DNA from: a virus
IMG/VR virus record: IMGVR_UViG_3300046167_000873
Coordinates: 64,001-128,000 of that record
Direction: 5' to 3' (one strand)
Length of the DNA stretch: 64,000 nucleotides
Positions 17,560 through 30,846 of the stretch are shown piece after piece. Position 1 is the first letter of the stretch; each line of letters starts with the position of its first letter. Made by a program: the position numbers and the translations under genes. The notes below the pieces were generated by a model, which was not told the origin of the DNA, did no database searches, and worked only from the letters and a program-made list of their open reading frames with translations.

Positions 17560-20339
17560 TAAGCTGAAACTCCAATTACTCTATAATCATTTACTTTTGG
17601 CACAACGTTTGCTTTGTCTGAGAGCAACACGATCTTAATCGCTGCCTTATCAAACGTATCATATATTTGGCCGGAATATCCAAAGTATCGAGTGACTTCA
17701 AAATTCTGAGGATTTCTAAAACCTGTGTTTTCATCTTCTAAAACGTCTAACCTAAATCCTTCACCAATCATATTAGTATTAGAAATTGGTTGCTGTAACA
17801 CAATTTCACCAGAAGCCGAATTAGCAGACTCAATACTATATAACTGATAGTTTGTTGGGAACAATGTGCTCCACAATTTAATTACTTGATTTTGTGATAG
17901 GTCATCAATTTGAGATGTATTTGCGCTTGCTGTATCAATTGTAATCGTCGCACTATTTTCAACTGTTGTTATTTCGCCATCAGTAGTATATTCTGTCTGA
18001 GGGAAGAACGGCATTTGATACTCAACTTCATGGTAAGAAGTTCGTATATCTTTATCGTCAAATATACCTTCGCCACCGATTTGCAACATCTTAGTCCATT
18101 GCTTATCATCAAAAGAATCTTCATCAATTGAATTATAAACACGTGCATAGAACTCAATAGCAGTTCCAGGCGGTGTATGAACATTTGCAATAACCCTAAG
18201 ATCTTCTGCTCGGTTTTCTTCGTCAAACTGAAGTGGCTTACCAATCATCTTAGATTCAGCATTACCAGATTCACCGTCACGCGTTAATGACTTGTATTCA
18301 CCTCTATTGTCAGCGTTAACATTAAATCGGTGCATTGTAAGTTGAAGAGTATCTGTCCTAAACTCAGGAGCACAGAATGACTTAATGTCATCTCCTTGGT
18401 AAGTATAATTTAGCTGGAATGTTGCAGACTTATTAGAGTTGTTTGCAAGACCAACTTCTTTTACTTCTAATGACCTCGATAAAACTTCACTCGCATATCC
18501 TCTTACGTGGTTAGGAGCATTCAAGAACATTAAATTGTCGTCTGTCTGCAAAGAAAACGTATTTGAAGAGTCTACAAAAACTGAGAAGTTATAAGCAGTA
18601 TCAACATCAAACATAGGTGGAATGTTACCGTTAAAGTTACACCTAAAGGTTGATACAGGCAAAGAACCAACACCTACAATTTCAGCTGAGTTAAACGATT
18701 CAATACCGATAATAGTATCACCCGCTTCAAATGCAAATGAATTATCAACAGCATATTGAGTTGGATTAACCGATGAATTGTTTAACCGCAATATATTGCT
18801 AATCACATTATAGTCATCACATTCAGCAACGACCGTATGTTGTACTGAACCAGTCATGTTAAATAGCGCTGGTTCTTCAACAACAACTGTTGTTGCTGTA
18901 GGTGTGAATATTGTTGTATCAACAGTAAATACCTGCGTATTCTCTTCGTTAGTCGAATCAATAACAACTAGCTTGTCGCCGTTAATTAAACTAGCATATG
19001 ATACTGAACCGTCATTTGTTAGAGTATTTTTAGATCTTACAATTGAAGCACTTCCTGCAAATGCAGTAACTTGCTTATAGACGATTTCACCTGGAGCCCA
19101 ACGAGATGTTGTATTTGTTACACTTAAAAACTCGTAGTCTTCAAGACACATATCAACAGTCTGATCTTCAAGATCGTATTGATTAATATGTACATCAAAC
19201 TTTAAATCTTTATTTTTGTCAGGTGCCCACTCAAGCTCTCCAAGAGGACCAGTACTTAATGGGTTTTTAGTAAATGAGCGTGGTGGATATACGTCGCCAA
19301 TATGCTCTTTTGTTGAACCACTAGAACGCGTCTCTGTCTTATCGCCATCAACAAGAAGTAAATCACCTTTTGTATTTGACCATAAGACATAATCAGCATC
19401 TTGAATTGTAACGCAGAATGCATAGAATCTATCAGTTGCTACACGAATAGGGTTTTCAAAAGTAAATATTGTTTCTACCTGAGCAACAGGTGATGCTTGT
19501 ATTTCTGACCATGACTTTGAACTTACTCCACCTAAAAGAATTTCAGTGGTATTTGGAGTTCCATCGTCTTTACAAGTCATAAGCTTAACAGAGACTTTTG
19601 GATTCTTAATACCTGAAGTATTAATGTCTCGTCGTGGTTTTTTCCTAAAGTATAAAGTGACGTCTGTAATGTCAACACAGTCAGAGTTTTTTACGACCTT
19701 AGAATCGATAAAGAATGTTTGATATTCATTACCAGTACCTACAGCAGGTAGTGTCGGCTTATCTTTACCTGGTTCAGGAATATCTCCAGGGACAAGTGGT
19801 GGTTGGACAGTAACAGTCTTAACGGTGTCATCAGAATCAGGACTAATAAAGGCTGAGTATTCAACAATTCTGATTCGTTCACGGTTCTTATCGTCCTCAC
19901 GTGATCGTGCCCCAAGGTTATCCCAATATTCGCTGTAATCAGGTAACCTAGCGTTAATAGGAGAACCGAGATGAGGTGGTGTAAACGTATTGATAGCTGA
20001 GTAGCTCGCAGCATCTGAACCAAAGGCTCTTACTTCAAATTGAAGATCGCCCTTATAATCAGTTTTTAAATACTTCCTATTTCTAACTTCATCGTTAGGC
20101 AATAAGTTACATAGAACACACTCATTTATAGGGCGCGTCCACTGTGTAATATCTTCAAACTGCTGCCCAGGATTATTATCAAGCATCACCTTATATCGAG
20201 TATTTGGCTTTAAATTACCAAAATTATATTTGATATATCCTGGTGACCTACGTAATACATAATCTTTAGGTTGATAGAAAAAATTATCATCAGGCTTCTT
20301 TAACCTATTTGAACTAAATGGTATAATTTTCTTTGACAT
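17559..20339 (-). CDS. VrlC/DUF4815 C-terminal-like structural protein
   Basis: YQTFFID, ITDVTLYFRKKP, DLKFDV, AEDLRV, FDKAAIKIVLLS...VPKVNDYRVI. Confidence 0.7.
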   Translation of the reverse strand: MSKKIIPFSSNRLKKPDDNFFYQPKDYVLRRSPGYIKYNFGNLKPNTRYKVMLDNNPGQQFEDITQWTRPINECVLCNLLPNDEVRNRKYLKTDYKGDLQFEVRAFGSDAASYSAINTFTPPHLGSPINARLPDYSEYWDNLGARSREDDKNRERIRIVEYSAFISPDSDDTVKTVTVQPPLVPGDIPEPGKDKPTLPAVGTGNEYQTFFIDSKVVKNSDCVDITDVTLYFRKKPRRDINTSGIKNPKVSVKLMTCKDDGTPNTTEILLGGVSSKSWSEIQASPVAQVETIFTFENPIRVATDRFYAFCVTIQDADYVLWSNTKGDLLLVDGDKTETRSSGSTKEHIGDVYPPRSFTKNPLSTGPLGELEWAPDKNKDLKFDVHINQYDLEDQTVDMCLEDYEFLSVTNTTSRWAPGEIVYKQVTAFAGSASIVRSKNTLTNDGSVSYASLINGDKLVVIDSTNEENTQVFTVDTTIFTPTATTVVVEEPALFNMTGSVQHTVVAECDDYNVISNILRLNNSSVNPTQYAVDNSFAFEAGDTIIGIESFNSAEIVGVGSLPVSTFRCNFNGNIPPMFDVDTAYNFSVFVDSSNTFSLQTDDNLMFLNAPNHVRGYASEVLSRSLEVKEVGLANNSNKSATFQLNYTYQGDDIKSFCAPEFRTDTLQLTMHRFNVNADNRGEYKSLTRDGESGNAESKMIGKPLQFDEENRAEDLRVIANVHTPPGTAIEFYARVYNSIDEDSFDDKQWTKMLQIGGEGIFDDKDIRTSYHEVEYQMPFFPQTEYTTDGEITTVENSATITIDTASANTSQIDDLSQNQVIKLWSTLFPTNYQLYSIESANSASGEIVLQQPISNTNMIGEGFRLDVLEDENTGFRNPQNFEVTRYFGYSGQIYDTFDKAAIKIVLLSDKANVVPKVNDYRVIGVSA

Positions 20340-20354
20340 TATTCTATCAATCCT

Positions 20355-23300
20355 TTATCGAAGTTTTAGAGCGCGGTCATATTTCTTAAACCTTGTTCCG
20401 CCGGTTGTTGGCTTCTTAACTGGTTCTGGCTCTTTGAACACAGTAGGTACAGAAGGTACTGGGATATTTATTCTTGTTGGTATCCGCGTCCTGACCGGTT
20501 GAATAACTACCTGCTCTATTGGTGGTGGAGGAGGTGGCGGAGACTTAATCGGTACTGGCGGACTAGCCGGTTGTGTTGTTACCCGATCAGGTACTTTTAC
20601 CCTAATAGGATTCTTAATAATAGTATTAAGAAGATTAAAGGTTACCTGAGGCCCACGAACTGGTGTTGGCAGTAATAACAGGTGGTGGCGTTGGAACCTT
20701 AATAACCTTACGTACACCGCCAGTTGCTGCCGGAGAGAATGCTAACTCATCTTGCTCGATTTCACATTCAGGATCTACACCAATAACACAACCATCATCA
20801 CCGATTACGATAGGTGGTTCTGGTTCACATACCTCAATCTCTGGTTCAGGTTCCACAACTTTAACTGGGCACCGATCAGGGTTAGCTTTAGCAGAAGCTA
20901 GTTTGATCGAACAATTACCTCTAGAATCCTGTTTACCTGTGTACTGATAAACATATAGCAATCCATCTTTGCAGTAGTCTTTATTAAATGTACCAGCAGA
21001 AGGACATGGATTAACTGGATCTGGTTCAGGCGCTGGAGGAATAATAATACATCGACTACTATTTGTCTGTCGTGATCCAACTACTGTTTTACAGTTACCA
21101 TCTTCAACATATGTTACATAGTCGTTACCAACACATCGTGCGTACAAGAACTTACCTTTAGGTGGGCAAGGAGGAGTTGTGTTGATTGTCGTAGAACCTG
21201 CATCATAAACAGGATCAACGATGCTTGTAGCAGGATAGCAAACTTCATAATTAAATACTTTGCCCCACTTCAATGCTCGGACTGTAATGTAACGGCCTTT
21301 TGACTCATCGTATGGAATCGTTATCTTACCAGCACCTCGATAAGCTTTATAAGTCTTATTAGGTAAACCTGGTATATTCGTCATAATCTTCGAACTATTA
21401 GATAACGAAGTAAACCATGGATTTGTTTGAAAAGGAATTGCAGAATTGCTACCATTTCTCACGTCGTAAAACTTCTGATAAATCTTAAATGCTTCAGCAC
21501 CACCTAAACTTTCAGCAGTTTCAACTGAACTTGACCAAATCACGTTACCCTTTTCTATGACAGAGCCAGATCTGGGTGGTGTGCTTGTTTGAAGAACTTC
21601 AAATCCAATACCTGCGACACCGGAACTTGGAATATAGAATTTTATATCAATATTCCGTGCTGTACCATCATTTCTATCTGTTCCAGTAAATGTAGTCTCT
21701 TCCCACACACCTTGAGCCTTTATAAATGTCCCAATATTTTCTGAAGAAAATCGAGTATTTTGGCTTCTTACAAACTGGCAAACAGTTTGAATTTCAGGTT
21801 CAGGTGGTTGTTCAATATATGGACCATATGTTGCATTCTTTTGACTTAACAACCTGAATCGCTGAGCAGGATAAACAATCTTACCACCAGTTACTTGGTC
21901 GGGATTGCAAGGTTCTAGGCTTAGAACAGATGTTGTCTTTTGTGGATACAAATTATATTCATAAATTGATGCAGCAAACTCTTGATTCTGAGTATCAGAT
22001 CGATTAAAGTTTTCAAAGTTATCAGCATAGAATCCGTACTTGAATTTTTCAAGAGTTGAATCAATTGAACTCGGAAAACTTAAGGTTCTTGTTTCGTTTT
22101 CCAATTCAGATAGGTTTTGGTTATATTCTAAAGATATAATCCTACGCTCAAGCTCAGCAATCTGAGCCATCGTATAACCTTGTGTTTGGTCATCGAGCTT
22201 TTCAATTGAACAAGTATACTTTGTCAGTTTTGTTCGTGATGCTCTTGTTGATATAACACCATTTAATGTTATCTCTCGAAGCTCATTTGATAGAACAAGA
22301 GGTAAACTAGGATACGGTGCAACATCAATCTTATATAGCTGTAAGCGGTTTGCATTGCTCTTAATATTGAGGTCACGAGTACCGATATTGAAAACAAACT
22401 CACCTTCGTTTGTAAGAGCGATCACGTCAGTGCGGCCGTCATACGACGTTAAATCATATGTAAGATCACCTTGTGGTATTGGGAAAGCGTAACCAGCGAT
22501 CGCTGAGAAGCTCTCAACATCACTTGGATCAGTACTTGCAGCTGCAGGTGTTGTTGCACTCGTTGCAGTAGGATCGCAATAAGGTCTAAAGTCTAAACAA
22601 TCCCTCAACAGAACTTCATAGTTTTCAGAAGTTCTAATATGGTAAGGAATCTCTAATGTATTGACATTAGTTGTTAGCCCTGATAAAGGAACCTCGTCGT
22701 TGATTGTATATGAGTCAACAGTTTTAACACCTTTAGAATCAGAAGGCACAAAGTGATCGAGCTCAACCAATATTGTTGCAGCTAAAGTTGATGGAGTTCC
22801 TTCTTCACGATACAGCTTACTTAAACCCCAGAATCCATCTTTTTGACCATCTTCAACATAAAATTCTTGAGTAATTTTAGCAGCTGTTGTATCTGTTCCG
22901 TTATAAACTTCTCTTAACCTAAAGACACCTGGTAAACCAAGCGACTTTGGAAATGCACCGGTCGTTGATATTTTCACAAAACGATTACGGTTTGCAGTAA
23001 TTGGTGTTGATGAAACATTCTTTGCTTTGACGTTATAGGTAACAGCCAGAGTAACAGATGTCGTAGTTATAGGTTGACCTGCACCGAGGTTAATTGTCAT
23101 CGACGTGCGATCACTATTAACTGTAGCATTTGCTGTTGTTCGAGAACCTAAGTTGATTGGAATATTCTTTGGGAATACCCTTCGCATTGGTTCAGCACTA
23201 AATGCAAATGAACCCGAAGGCTTTCGAATTGTAATTCTGTCTTGAGAATCTACACTTAAGACTTGTACAACATCGCCAGAGTTATTCTTGATCCAATCAC

Positions 23301-25764
23301 CAGAAACTAAGTTATCTGAGAATAGAGGAGTACCTACTGTTGCATCTAATACTTCAACTGAACTATTGCTTTGTCCGGCGTCTTGAACTAAAGTAATACC
23401 AGTTGCAAAATCACCGACCGTTATTTCATCCTCTGGAACAATGATTAAAGTGCCTTCTTCGCTATCAGTAAGTTCACCGATATAATTAAAGATATTACCA
23501 GCTGGCAATCCTGATATTGAAATATCACCACCTGAACTTACTGATTGGTTGACACTCGTTGTGCCATAGACATAGTTAATGCTGTCGCCTGAACCTGTCG
23601 TATTTGCAAATGCTTCACCGGTTGTAACTGGTGAACGCCCAGTGGGTACAACAAGGCTCGTTGTTTGAGATTGAAACAACTCAGCAAACCGAGTATATGT
23701 TGAAGGTGAATATTGGTCTTCTTCACCGGTTTCAGTAATTTTTCGAAGTACATCACTACCACTTGTTAATACAATATCAGCGATGCCATCTTCTGAACCA
23801 CCAGAGCTTGGGACGTAGATAGAACGAATATCTCTAAAGGATGCACGGTCTAATTGGATATCAAAAATGTATACACGATAAACTGCATCATTTGTACCGT
23901 GATTGCCTGATTCAAGAAATACCGATCTTATCTTTGCAGTACCAATCTGATCGCCACTAATTCTTGCTGCACTTACTGCAGTATTGGTCGCGTAGTTATC
24001 GTAATACTTAACACCTTCATCTGTTCCAGTCTGTGCTTTATATAAGTTAATTGTCTGGCCAGATTTAAATACGTGTGTACCTGCTAATTGGTTAACACGA
24101 ATATAAGAACCGTAAATCAAGTCTTGTTCTTGGTTTATTTTGATTGATATATTCTTTGACTTTTCAACTTTCTTTGCATAGTTGCGTTCAGTCTTGACAC
24201 GATAACCATTAATGTATGCGTGACCAGGATCTATAACATAAACGAAGTGAGTATCTGAATTTGCAATATCGCTTGTAGATCGTATAGTCAATTTAAATTG
24301 ATCTAGTGCATAGTTACCACTCTCTTCAAATGTACGTCTTGCAATCATGTCATTGATTTTATTGTACTGAGTAGTTTTAAACTGTGCGTATGGTCGACCT
24401 TCACTAAACTTAACTAAACTGAAGAACTCAGCGTCAGCTTCTTGTTCAGCAATTGTTTTTACAGAGAGCTGAGGAGTAAGCTGTAAACGGTTTGCACCAG
24501 GAGCTGAGAAGTTTGTAAAGTCATTTGAATTATCATAAAGAGTAGCATCTGTAAATACGTTAACGACCCCTTCTAATGTTGTAAATCCAACAGCAACATC
24601 ACTCGGCGTATTTGAATACTTGTCAACAAAAGCAAATTGGGCATCAACGTTTAAGAAGTATCCTTTCTGATATATTTTTCCTTCAGAAACTTGGATACCA
24701 TAACCAACACCAACTGGGTTAACATAACCGTCAGCAGTAGACGCAACAGTTAATTGCGTAAGGAAGGTTTGTGCTTCTAAATCTAAACTGTTGAGATTCA
24801 GTGTTGAGGCTGTTGTTGATCCAACAGTAACATACGGTATAGTTGTATAACCAGAACCACCCCTTGTTATTTCAGCACTCGATATTGAACCGCCTCGTGT
24901 TGTTTGAATAAGGCCCGTTGCACCTGAACCAATAATCTGAGTAACACTTACTTCTTCGTTGTTACCAGATGTCTGGTTAATAAGAACTGTGTTTTCTTCG
25001 ATATCATCCCATTTGCTTGAATCAGGAGCAGGAACCAAGTCACTGTTGACTGGTTTAACTGGTACAATAAGTGTTCCAGTATCTTCATCGACTGTGGGAG
25101 TATCATAAATCTGTACGCGCAACGTTGGAGTAATAAGATCATCTACAAGAATATCGTTAATAGTAAATGATTCAATGTCAGATGTATTTCCTGAAACGAC
25201 GTTGGCAATCTTAAGTGCACTAACAACATAAACGATATCAGCGTTTGAGAAACCAGCAGATGCGCCACCTGGCACAACATTAATATCGTAGACAATATCT
25301 TGGTTACTAAATATTTTAACAGATTCGCCTTCAGCAAACTTTGAATATTGATCATCAATGCCATTATCTTGGTATTCAACATATAATGTGTTTAAGTTGA
25401 TACCGTCACCTTGGAAACCAGCAGTTCCTCGGGAAACCCTAGCAGTTATTCCAGTACTTTGACCCCTTGCAAACAGACCAATATACTCATTAACATCAAC
25501 TGCTCCACCAGTACTTGACCTATCAAGTACTTTAATAAAAGGCATTTCATCCTTAAAGGTGAACTGACAGCCTGATAATATAGTGCCAGCTTTTAATATG
25601 TTATCGCCAAATTCTTCAATTTGATTTTGCAGCATCGTCTGCAGCTGGTTCATCTCTCTTACTTGAACCGCAGTTGATGGCTTGAAAAGAACTTTATAAT
25701 AATTCTTATCAGAATCGTAATCGTCGAAATATGGAGATACGGAAAAATTAGTTGTTAACGGCAT
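20355..25764 (-). CDS. Large VrlC/DUF4815-like structural protein; Pro-rich C-terminus apparently frameshifted near 20670
   Basis: SPYFDDYD..KNYYKVLFKP...VQVREMNQLQTMLQNQI, APGANRL, ARRTFEESGNY, FKYGFYADNF. The Pro-rich text continues in ORF 20355-20717. Confidence 0.8.
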
Positions 25765-25768
25765 CGAT

Positions 25769-28011
25769 TTAGAACTCCAAAATTACTCTTATTTCTTCTG
25801 TTTGATCTTGCTGGCGTGAAATAGGTACGTCATTTTGTATATATATGACGGCTCCTTCGTTAGGATCTAAATCACCGTATGATAAATCTAAAATATCTGC
25901 ATTTACTCCGGAGACCACACTCGCGAATGTTGCGCCAGATGATCGGCCAGTAATAATTGCTGATTGTCCTGCAGATGCTGTTACAAAATCGCCTACAACA
26001 CGAGTAAGGTTTAACTGATCATCATTCCAAGAGTGAATGTATCCAGTTGTTTCTTCGCCTGTTGCAGCATCTACTTGAAAAACCTGTTCATCAAGTTGAA
26101 ATACACCTTGAGTCACATTACCTTGTATCTTAAACAGCTGATTAAAATCTTCAAATTGGAACTGTGCACTGAATGTTCCTATTCTACTATTTATATCAAT
26201 TGACTGAACGTTTCCTGTGGCTCTTGAAGTCAAACCATAAATGAGCTCACCAGTCTTAAACTTAGGAACTACTTTGTTACCAAGAAATGATGTATAGTTT
26301 GTTGGTGTTCCAACTGGTTTAGGTGGTGCATTATTATCAACAACACATGTAGCCAATTCTTTTGTTTGATATGCAATGATGCTGTAATCACCACCGGGTT
26401 CTAAGAATGGAATAGTATCTTGTAAAATGATTGCTGTTGTATTACTGCCAGCACCAACCGTACCTAGATATTTACCAGTACCAGTCACGGATTGCATATA
26501 GATATTTTCACCAGGAGTTAAGAATGTATCGAAGGATGAATCTCCTGATTGCAATACTAAAGACTTACCATCATCTTGTACTGTATTTGCAGTAAATGTA
26601 CCTTCTATTTTTATTTTCTTAAACTGAACAACATCTTCGCCTTCAATAAATTCAGTTGTTGCTTCAGTAAAATAGAATTGTGTGTTTGAGAAAACAGGAT
26701 CACGAATAACACCAAACTGCGAGAATGTATTTTCTGGAGAGACTAAGTCAGATTCTGAACTGTTGAAGTTAGCAACAATGCTCATCTTAGATGCACCTAA
26801 CTCAACAATGTTGTTTGCCCCATGGCCTCCCTGTGGAGGTATGATGGCTCTTAAATCAGAAGGTATAATAGTAACTGGTTCGCCATTAATTTCATCAGAA
26901 ATCAATGGAGGAATCTTGGCGGTAGCAAACTTATAATCTGCACCAGTATCAAACATTTCAACACGAATAATACTATTAGATGCATTACTATCTACGATTG
27001 CTCGAGCAAATGCTTTTTCGTTTCTGTACCATCGCCGATAATTCTTACTTCTGGGAAAATATCATATGATGATGTATTGTCAAGCGGCGTAGTAAATTGA
27101 TCTTCAACATAGATAACTACGCCAACACCTGTTACAACATCAGACCTTAATATCCGTCTATATTGACCGGCACCTACTCCTGATGTAATATAGATGATGC
27201 AGTTCTTGTAGAAATCAATAATTTGTCGTCCACCAACAACTCTATACCATTGGTTAACATTTGCTTCACCAGCAACACTAGTCAGTGTTTGACCTGATGC
27301 AATTAATGCACCGTTCTCAGCAATATCTGGTGTAATTCTATTAAAGTCATTATCTGAAAAATCAGCTGAGATATAGTTGTTATGGTTTTTGCCTTCATCA
27401 AGAACGCGAATAACATCAATAGCACCAGGTTTTGAGTTGCTTTGAATTGTAGTATTAGCAGTAATTGGAATGAGCTTTTGTGTAGCAAACTTATTGAAGG
27501 TTGTAGAATCTATGCTGTACAGGTATTTCCACTGATAACCATCGTTTGTTTCGTAGTAATCATCACCTGATACAAAAAGATTCTCATCATATCGTGCATC
27601 TTGGAATAAAGGCTTAACAGTTGATGGAGCGCCATTGTTGTTATACAAACACTTATAAACGTGTTTAAACGCATCTTCATCAACAACAGTATAGAAGTTC
27701 TTTTCAAAAAGATTAACTTCAGTATCATCGTACATCGTGAATATCGTACCAGCTTCCCAATCATTGCGATTAACAACAAAGTTAAAATCCCTTTCGTCAA
27801 GTTTCTTGCCTATGATCATATTTCGAAACGCACCGATATTCATTTTTTGAGTGGTTTCAATAGGCGCTGAAATTTCATCAAGCGTAGAACCATCAGTGAC
27901 ATGATCACCAATAAATGAATAATAAACAGTATTAGCCGGTTCAGTAATCGATTCTATAAACTGATCGATCATGTGAGTTTTAAATTCAGCTGGTACTAGT
28001 GACTTAGCCAT
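25769..28011 (-). CDS. gp8: Baseplate wedge subunit (gp8-like), split by a frameshift at the A-run 27014-27018
   Basis: N-part: VYKCLYNNNGAPSTVKP, DGYQWKYLYSI. C-part: AIIPPQGGHG...ELGA, IYIQNDVPISR...EEIRVILEF. A -1 shift joins them as TKKAFARAIVDSNASNSIIRVEMFDTG. Confidence 0.85.
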
Positions 28012-28029
28012 TATTGTCTCTTATATTAT

Positions 28030-30846
28030 TTACGATATTGTGATTGGATAGAAAGTGTTTTCATTTACAAACAATCCAAATTGCTTAATGTTATATTCTG
28101 TACTTGTTCCGGTAGCCGTAATATTAACATTTTCTTCTTGTGTTCCAACATAACCACCGAATGGTTTGCTGCCGGCAACGTGTAGTATTTCAATAAGCGT
28201 CTGCTTATACTTATCGAATGGTAAAGCAGTCAATACCTGATAAGAATATTCTTGATAAAAATTGTTATCTTGAAGATACTTATCTGTTGATAAAAACGAC
28301 TTTTTACTTGGCCAACTACCTTCACCAATTCCTTGCTTACCAAGATAGCCATATGCACTTACTGATCTATTTGAATCTTCACTTGATATAAGAGTAAGTA
28401 CTTCTCCATCTGTAACAACACCGTTGACAAAGCGCTTACCAAAATATCCAAATCCAGAATTAAGAATTCTAAGATCGGTAACGAATCCTTCACCTGAGAA
28501 TGCTTCAGATAGAATATCAGAATTAAGACCAACACGATTCATCATTCGTGTTTCATCAACAACATATACAGATGCAGATACACCTGAGTTTTCACCGGTG
28601 ATTATGTCGTTCCTTCTAAAATCGCGCTCAGTATAAATGTGGCTGTTATCTGTAATATCAGATGATACATTTAATCTTACTGCCCATATCTCACCAGTAA
28701 GAGGCTTATGTTTTAATATCCTTGCTCTTGCAAGAGGATCACCGGTTGGTGTTGTGATAATCTCATTAATACGGAATGCTTTTAATTGAGGTTCTCTTCG
28801 GTATCTAAAATATAGGTCGTATCTTTCCATATGATAATCACGTGGTTCAAATACAACATAATAAGGTGACCGTGAATAGCCTTGACCTGGATCAGTAACA
28901 ACAATAGATTTTAATGAACCTATTTCAACAGCTTCATCTGATATATTTAAAAAGTCGCTAAGTAATGTATTTGCAAATTCTGTAGGTCCAGTTCCTTCTG
29001 AAATATATTGAATCTCAGAATTAGCTGTGTCCCATATAGATGTATTTGCAAGAGTATCAAAGTCGTCGATAACCATCTCTGCTCCACCAGGAAATACCTT
29101 TGGCAAATCATCAATGATTTCTACTGAATCCCAATCTCTTAAAGATTGTTCTTCTTCATATTCAAATACATCGAACTTAGCAACCGTATTAAAACCAAAC
29201 TGGTCAATTGAGCCAGATGTCATTCCAGTATTAGCGTTATATGTATTCGCGTTATTAAATATGTAGTTGTCAGCCTGAAGCTCACCTTCGACACCTACGA
29301 CACCTGCATACGCGTTAGAGACATTGGTTAATGTGAATGCAGTTCTAGATATTGTTTCTTGTCTAAACAATGGTTGATCGTTACGAGGCCAACCAACATT
29401 GCGCACTACGTTAGCATACTTAAGACCATTGACTGTACTAACGTATGTGTTTGAGACTTCAATTTCAGTATACCTTAAAAAGTTTTTTGGATCTTCTTGA
29501 TAAAGTATGTCGCCAGCTACAAGACTAAATTGGTCTTCATTTGAATATTCAATTGTAAATTTATCGTCCCATGCAATAACGTTAGCTTCTGCTTTTGCAT
29601 CAATGACTGCTGAAGTAGTTTCTTGATTTACAGGAATTTCAATTGAATTATTAGAGGCATAAAATGTTGGAATACTATTTCCAAAGAGTGATCTTCCGTC
29701 GACAATGATTTCTCCATTTGAATTTCGTGGATAATCAGTGCCATTGTAGTTTAATGTAATGACGTTATTCTCAGAACTACTATAAACAATATGACCTTCA
29801 AATTCTACGTTTCCAGCAGGATCATCGTTTGTTCGTACTTCAACAATTTCATTTAAATTAAGTGAAAATGCAACATCTGATACATCGGTGTTCGTAATAT
29901 CTACTTTAATTGTCACAAGATCCTGTTCGATCTTGTCAAAAACATATGATGGATCGTGGTTATAGAAATACTTGTCGTCATTAAAAACAATATCATTTAA
30001 TTGTATGACTTTATCTGAACCAATAATCTCTGCTTGGTTTGTATAACCCCAACCACCATCAATAAGAGTAAAGTTAACAACGCCAATATAGTCTGCTGTT
30101 TTACTAACGACTGCTTTTGCTTTTTTACCTTTTCCATCCGAAACATAAACTTGCTCTCCTGATGAAAAGTTAGGAGAACTAAATGTAATTTCAAATGCTG
30201 ATAAAGACCCATCAATTCTTGCTGAGTAGTTATCCGTCAATAATTGTGTAGATATTCTTTCACCGGTTTTAAAGTTACCAGTAACATCTGTAATATATAG
30301 AACTTCAATATATTGATTATCTTTCTTAACACGAACTAGCCGTTCTGCAAATGCACTTGTTGTAGAAACACTACCAAAGACTTGTTCGCCTACAAAATTA
30401 ATGTTATTCTTATTAGGCTTAAGCTCAAGGTATTGTGTGTCTAACCAAGTGTTATCACTAAGTTTAAATAAGTCATCAGCAGGATAATAAACACGAGCTT
30501 CTAGACCGTAAATAAGTTTAAAGAAAAGGTCAACAGCTCTTTCTGTTCCTTTAGCACGATAGAAGTCTAACGCGTTTTTAATGAATAGCTGTTTATTCGT
30601 TGCTGTATTAAATTGAACGTTAGGCAAATACTTGTTTTTAAAATCAATAATAAATTCATCGATTGTTTTATCGATGTCACGATACTCAGGCAAATTACGT
30701 GTATGGTATGCTACTTGATTTTGTTGTTCCATCCACTCATAATACGCCTGTATGAAGGCAATAAACTTATCACCTTCTTCGCGATAGAGCTCTGGAAACT
30801 GTGACTCCAGTAAAGCACTAATATTCTTTTCAATTTCTATAGCCAT
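28030..30846 (-). CDS. gp7: Baseplate wedge protein (gp7-like)
   Basis: FIQAYYEWME, DFYRAKGTERAVDLFFKLIYG, LQDNNFYQEYSY, LHVAG. Confidence 0.8.
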   Translation of the reverse strand: MAIEIEKNISALLESQFPELYREEGDKFIAFIQAYYEWMEQQNQVAYHTRNLPEYRDIDKTIDEFIIDFKNKYLPNVQFNTATNKQLFIKNALDFYRAKGTERAVDLFFKLIYGLEARVYYPADDLFKLSDNTWLDTQYLELKPNKNNINFVGEQVFGSVSTTSAFAERLVRVKKDNQYIEVLYITDVTGNFKTGERISTQLLTDNYSARIDGSLSAFEITFSSPNFSSGEQVYVSDGKGKKAKAVVSKTADYIGVVNFTLIDGGWGYTNQAEIIGSDKVIQLNDIVFNDDKYFYNHDPSYVFDKIEQDLVTIKVDITNTDVSDVAFSLNLNEIVEVRTNDDPAGNVEFEGHIVYSSSENNVITLNYNGTDYPRNSNGEIIVDGRSLFGNSIPTFYASNNSIEIPVNQETTSAVIDAKAEANVIAWDDKFTIEYSNEDQFSLVAGDILYQEDPKNFLRYTEIEVSNTYVSTVNGLKYANVVRNVGWPRNDQPLFRQETISRTAFTLTNVSNAYAGVVGVEGELQADNYIFNNANTYNANTGMTSGSIDQFGFNTVAKFDVFEYEEEQSLRDWDSVEIIDDLPKVFPGGAEMVIDDFDTLANTSIWDTANSEIQYISEGTGPTEFANTLLSDFLNISDEAVEIGSLKSIVVTDPGQGYSRSPYYVVFEPRDYHMERYDLYFRYRREPQLKAFRINEIITTPTGDPLARARILKHKPLTGEIWAVRLNVSSDITDNSHIYTERDFRRNDIITGENSGVSASVYVVDETRMMNRVGLNSDILSEAFSGEGFVTDLRILNSGFGYFGKRFVNGVVTDGEVLTLISSEDSNRSVSAYGYLGKQGIGEGSWPSKKSFLSTDKYLQDNNFYQEYSYQVLTALPFDKYKQTLIEILHVAGSKPFGGYVGTQEENVNITATGTSTEYNIKQFGLFVNENTFYPITIS

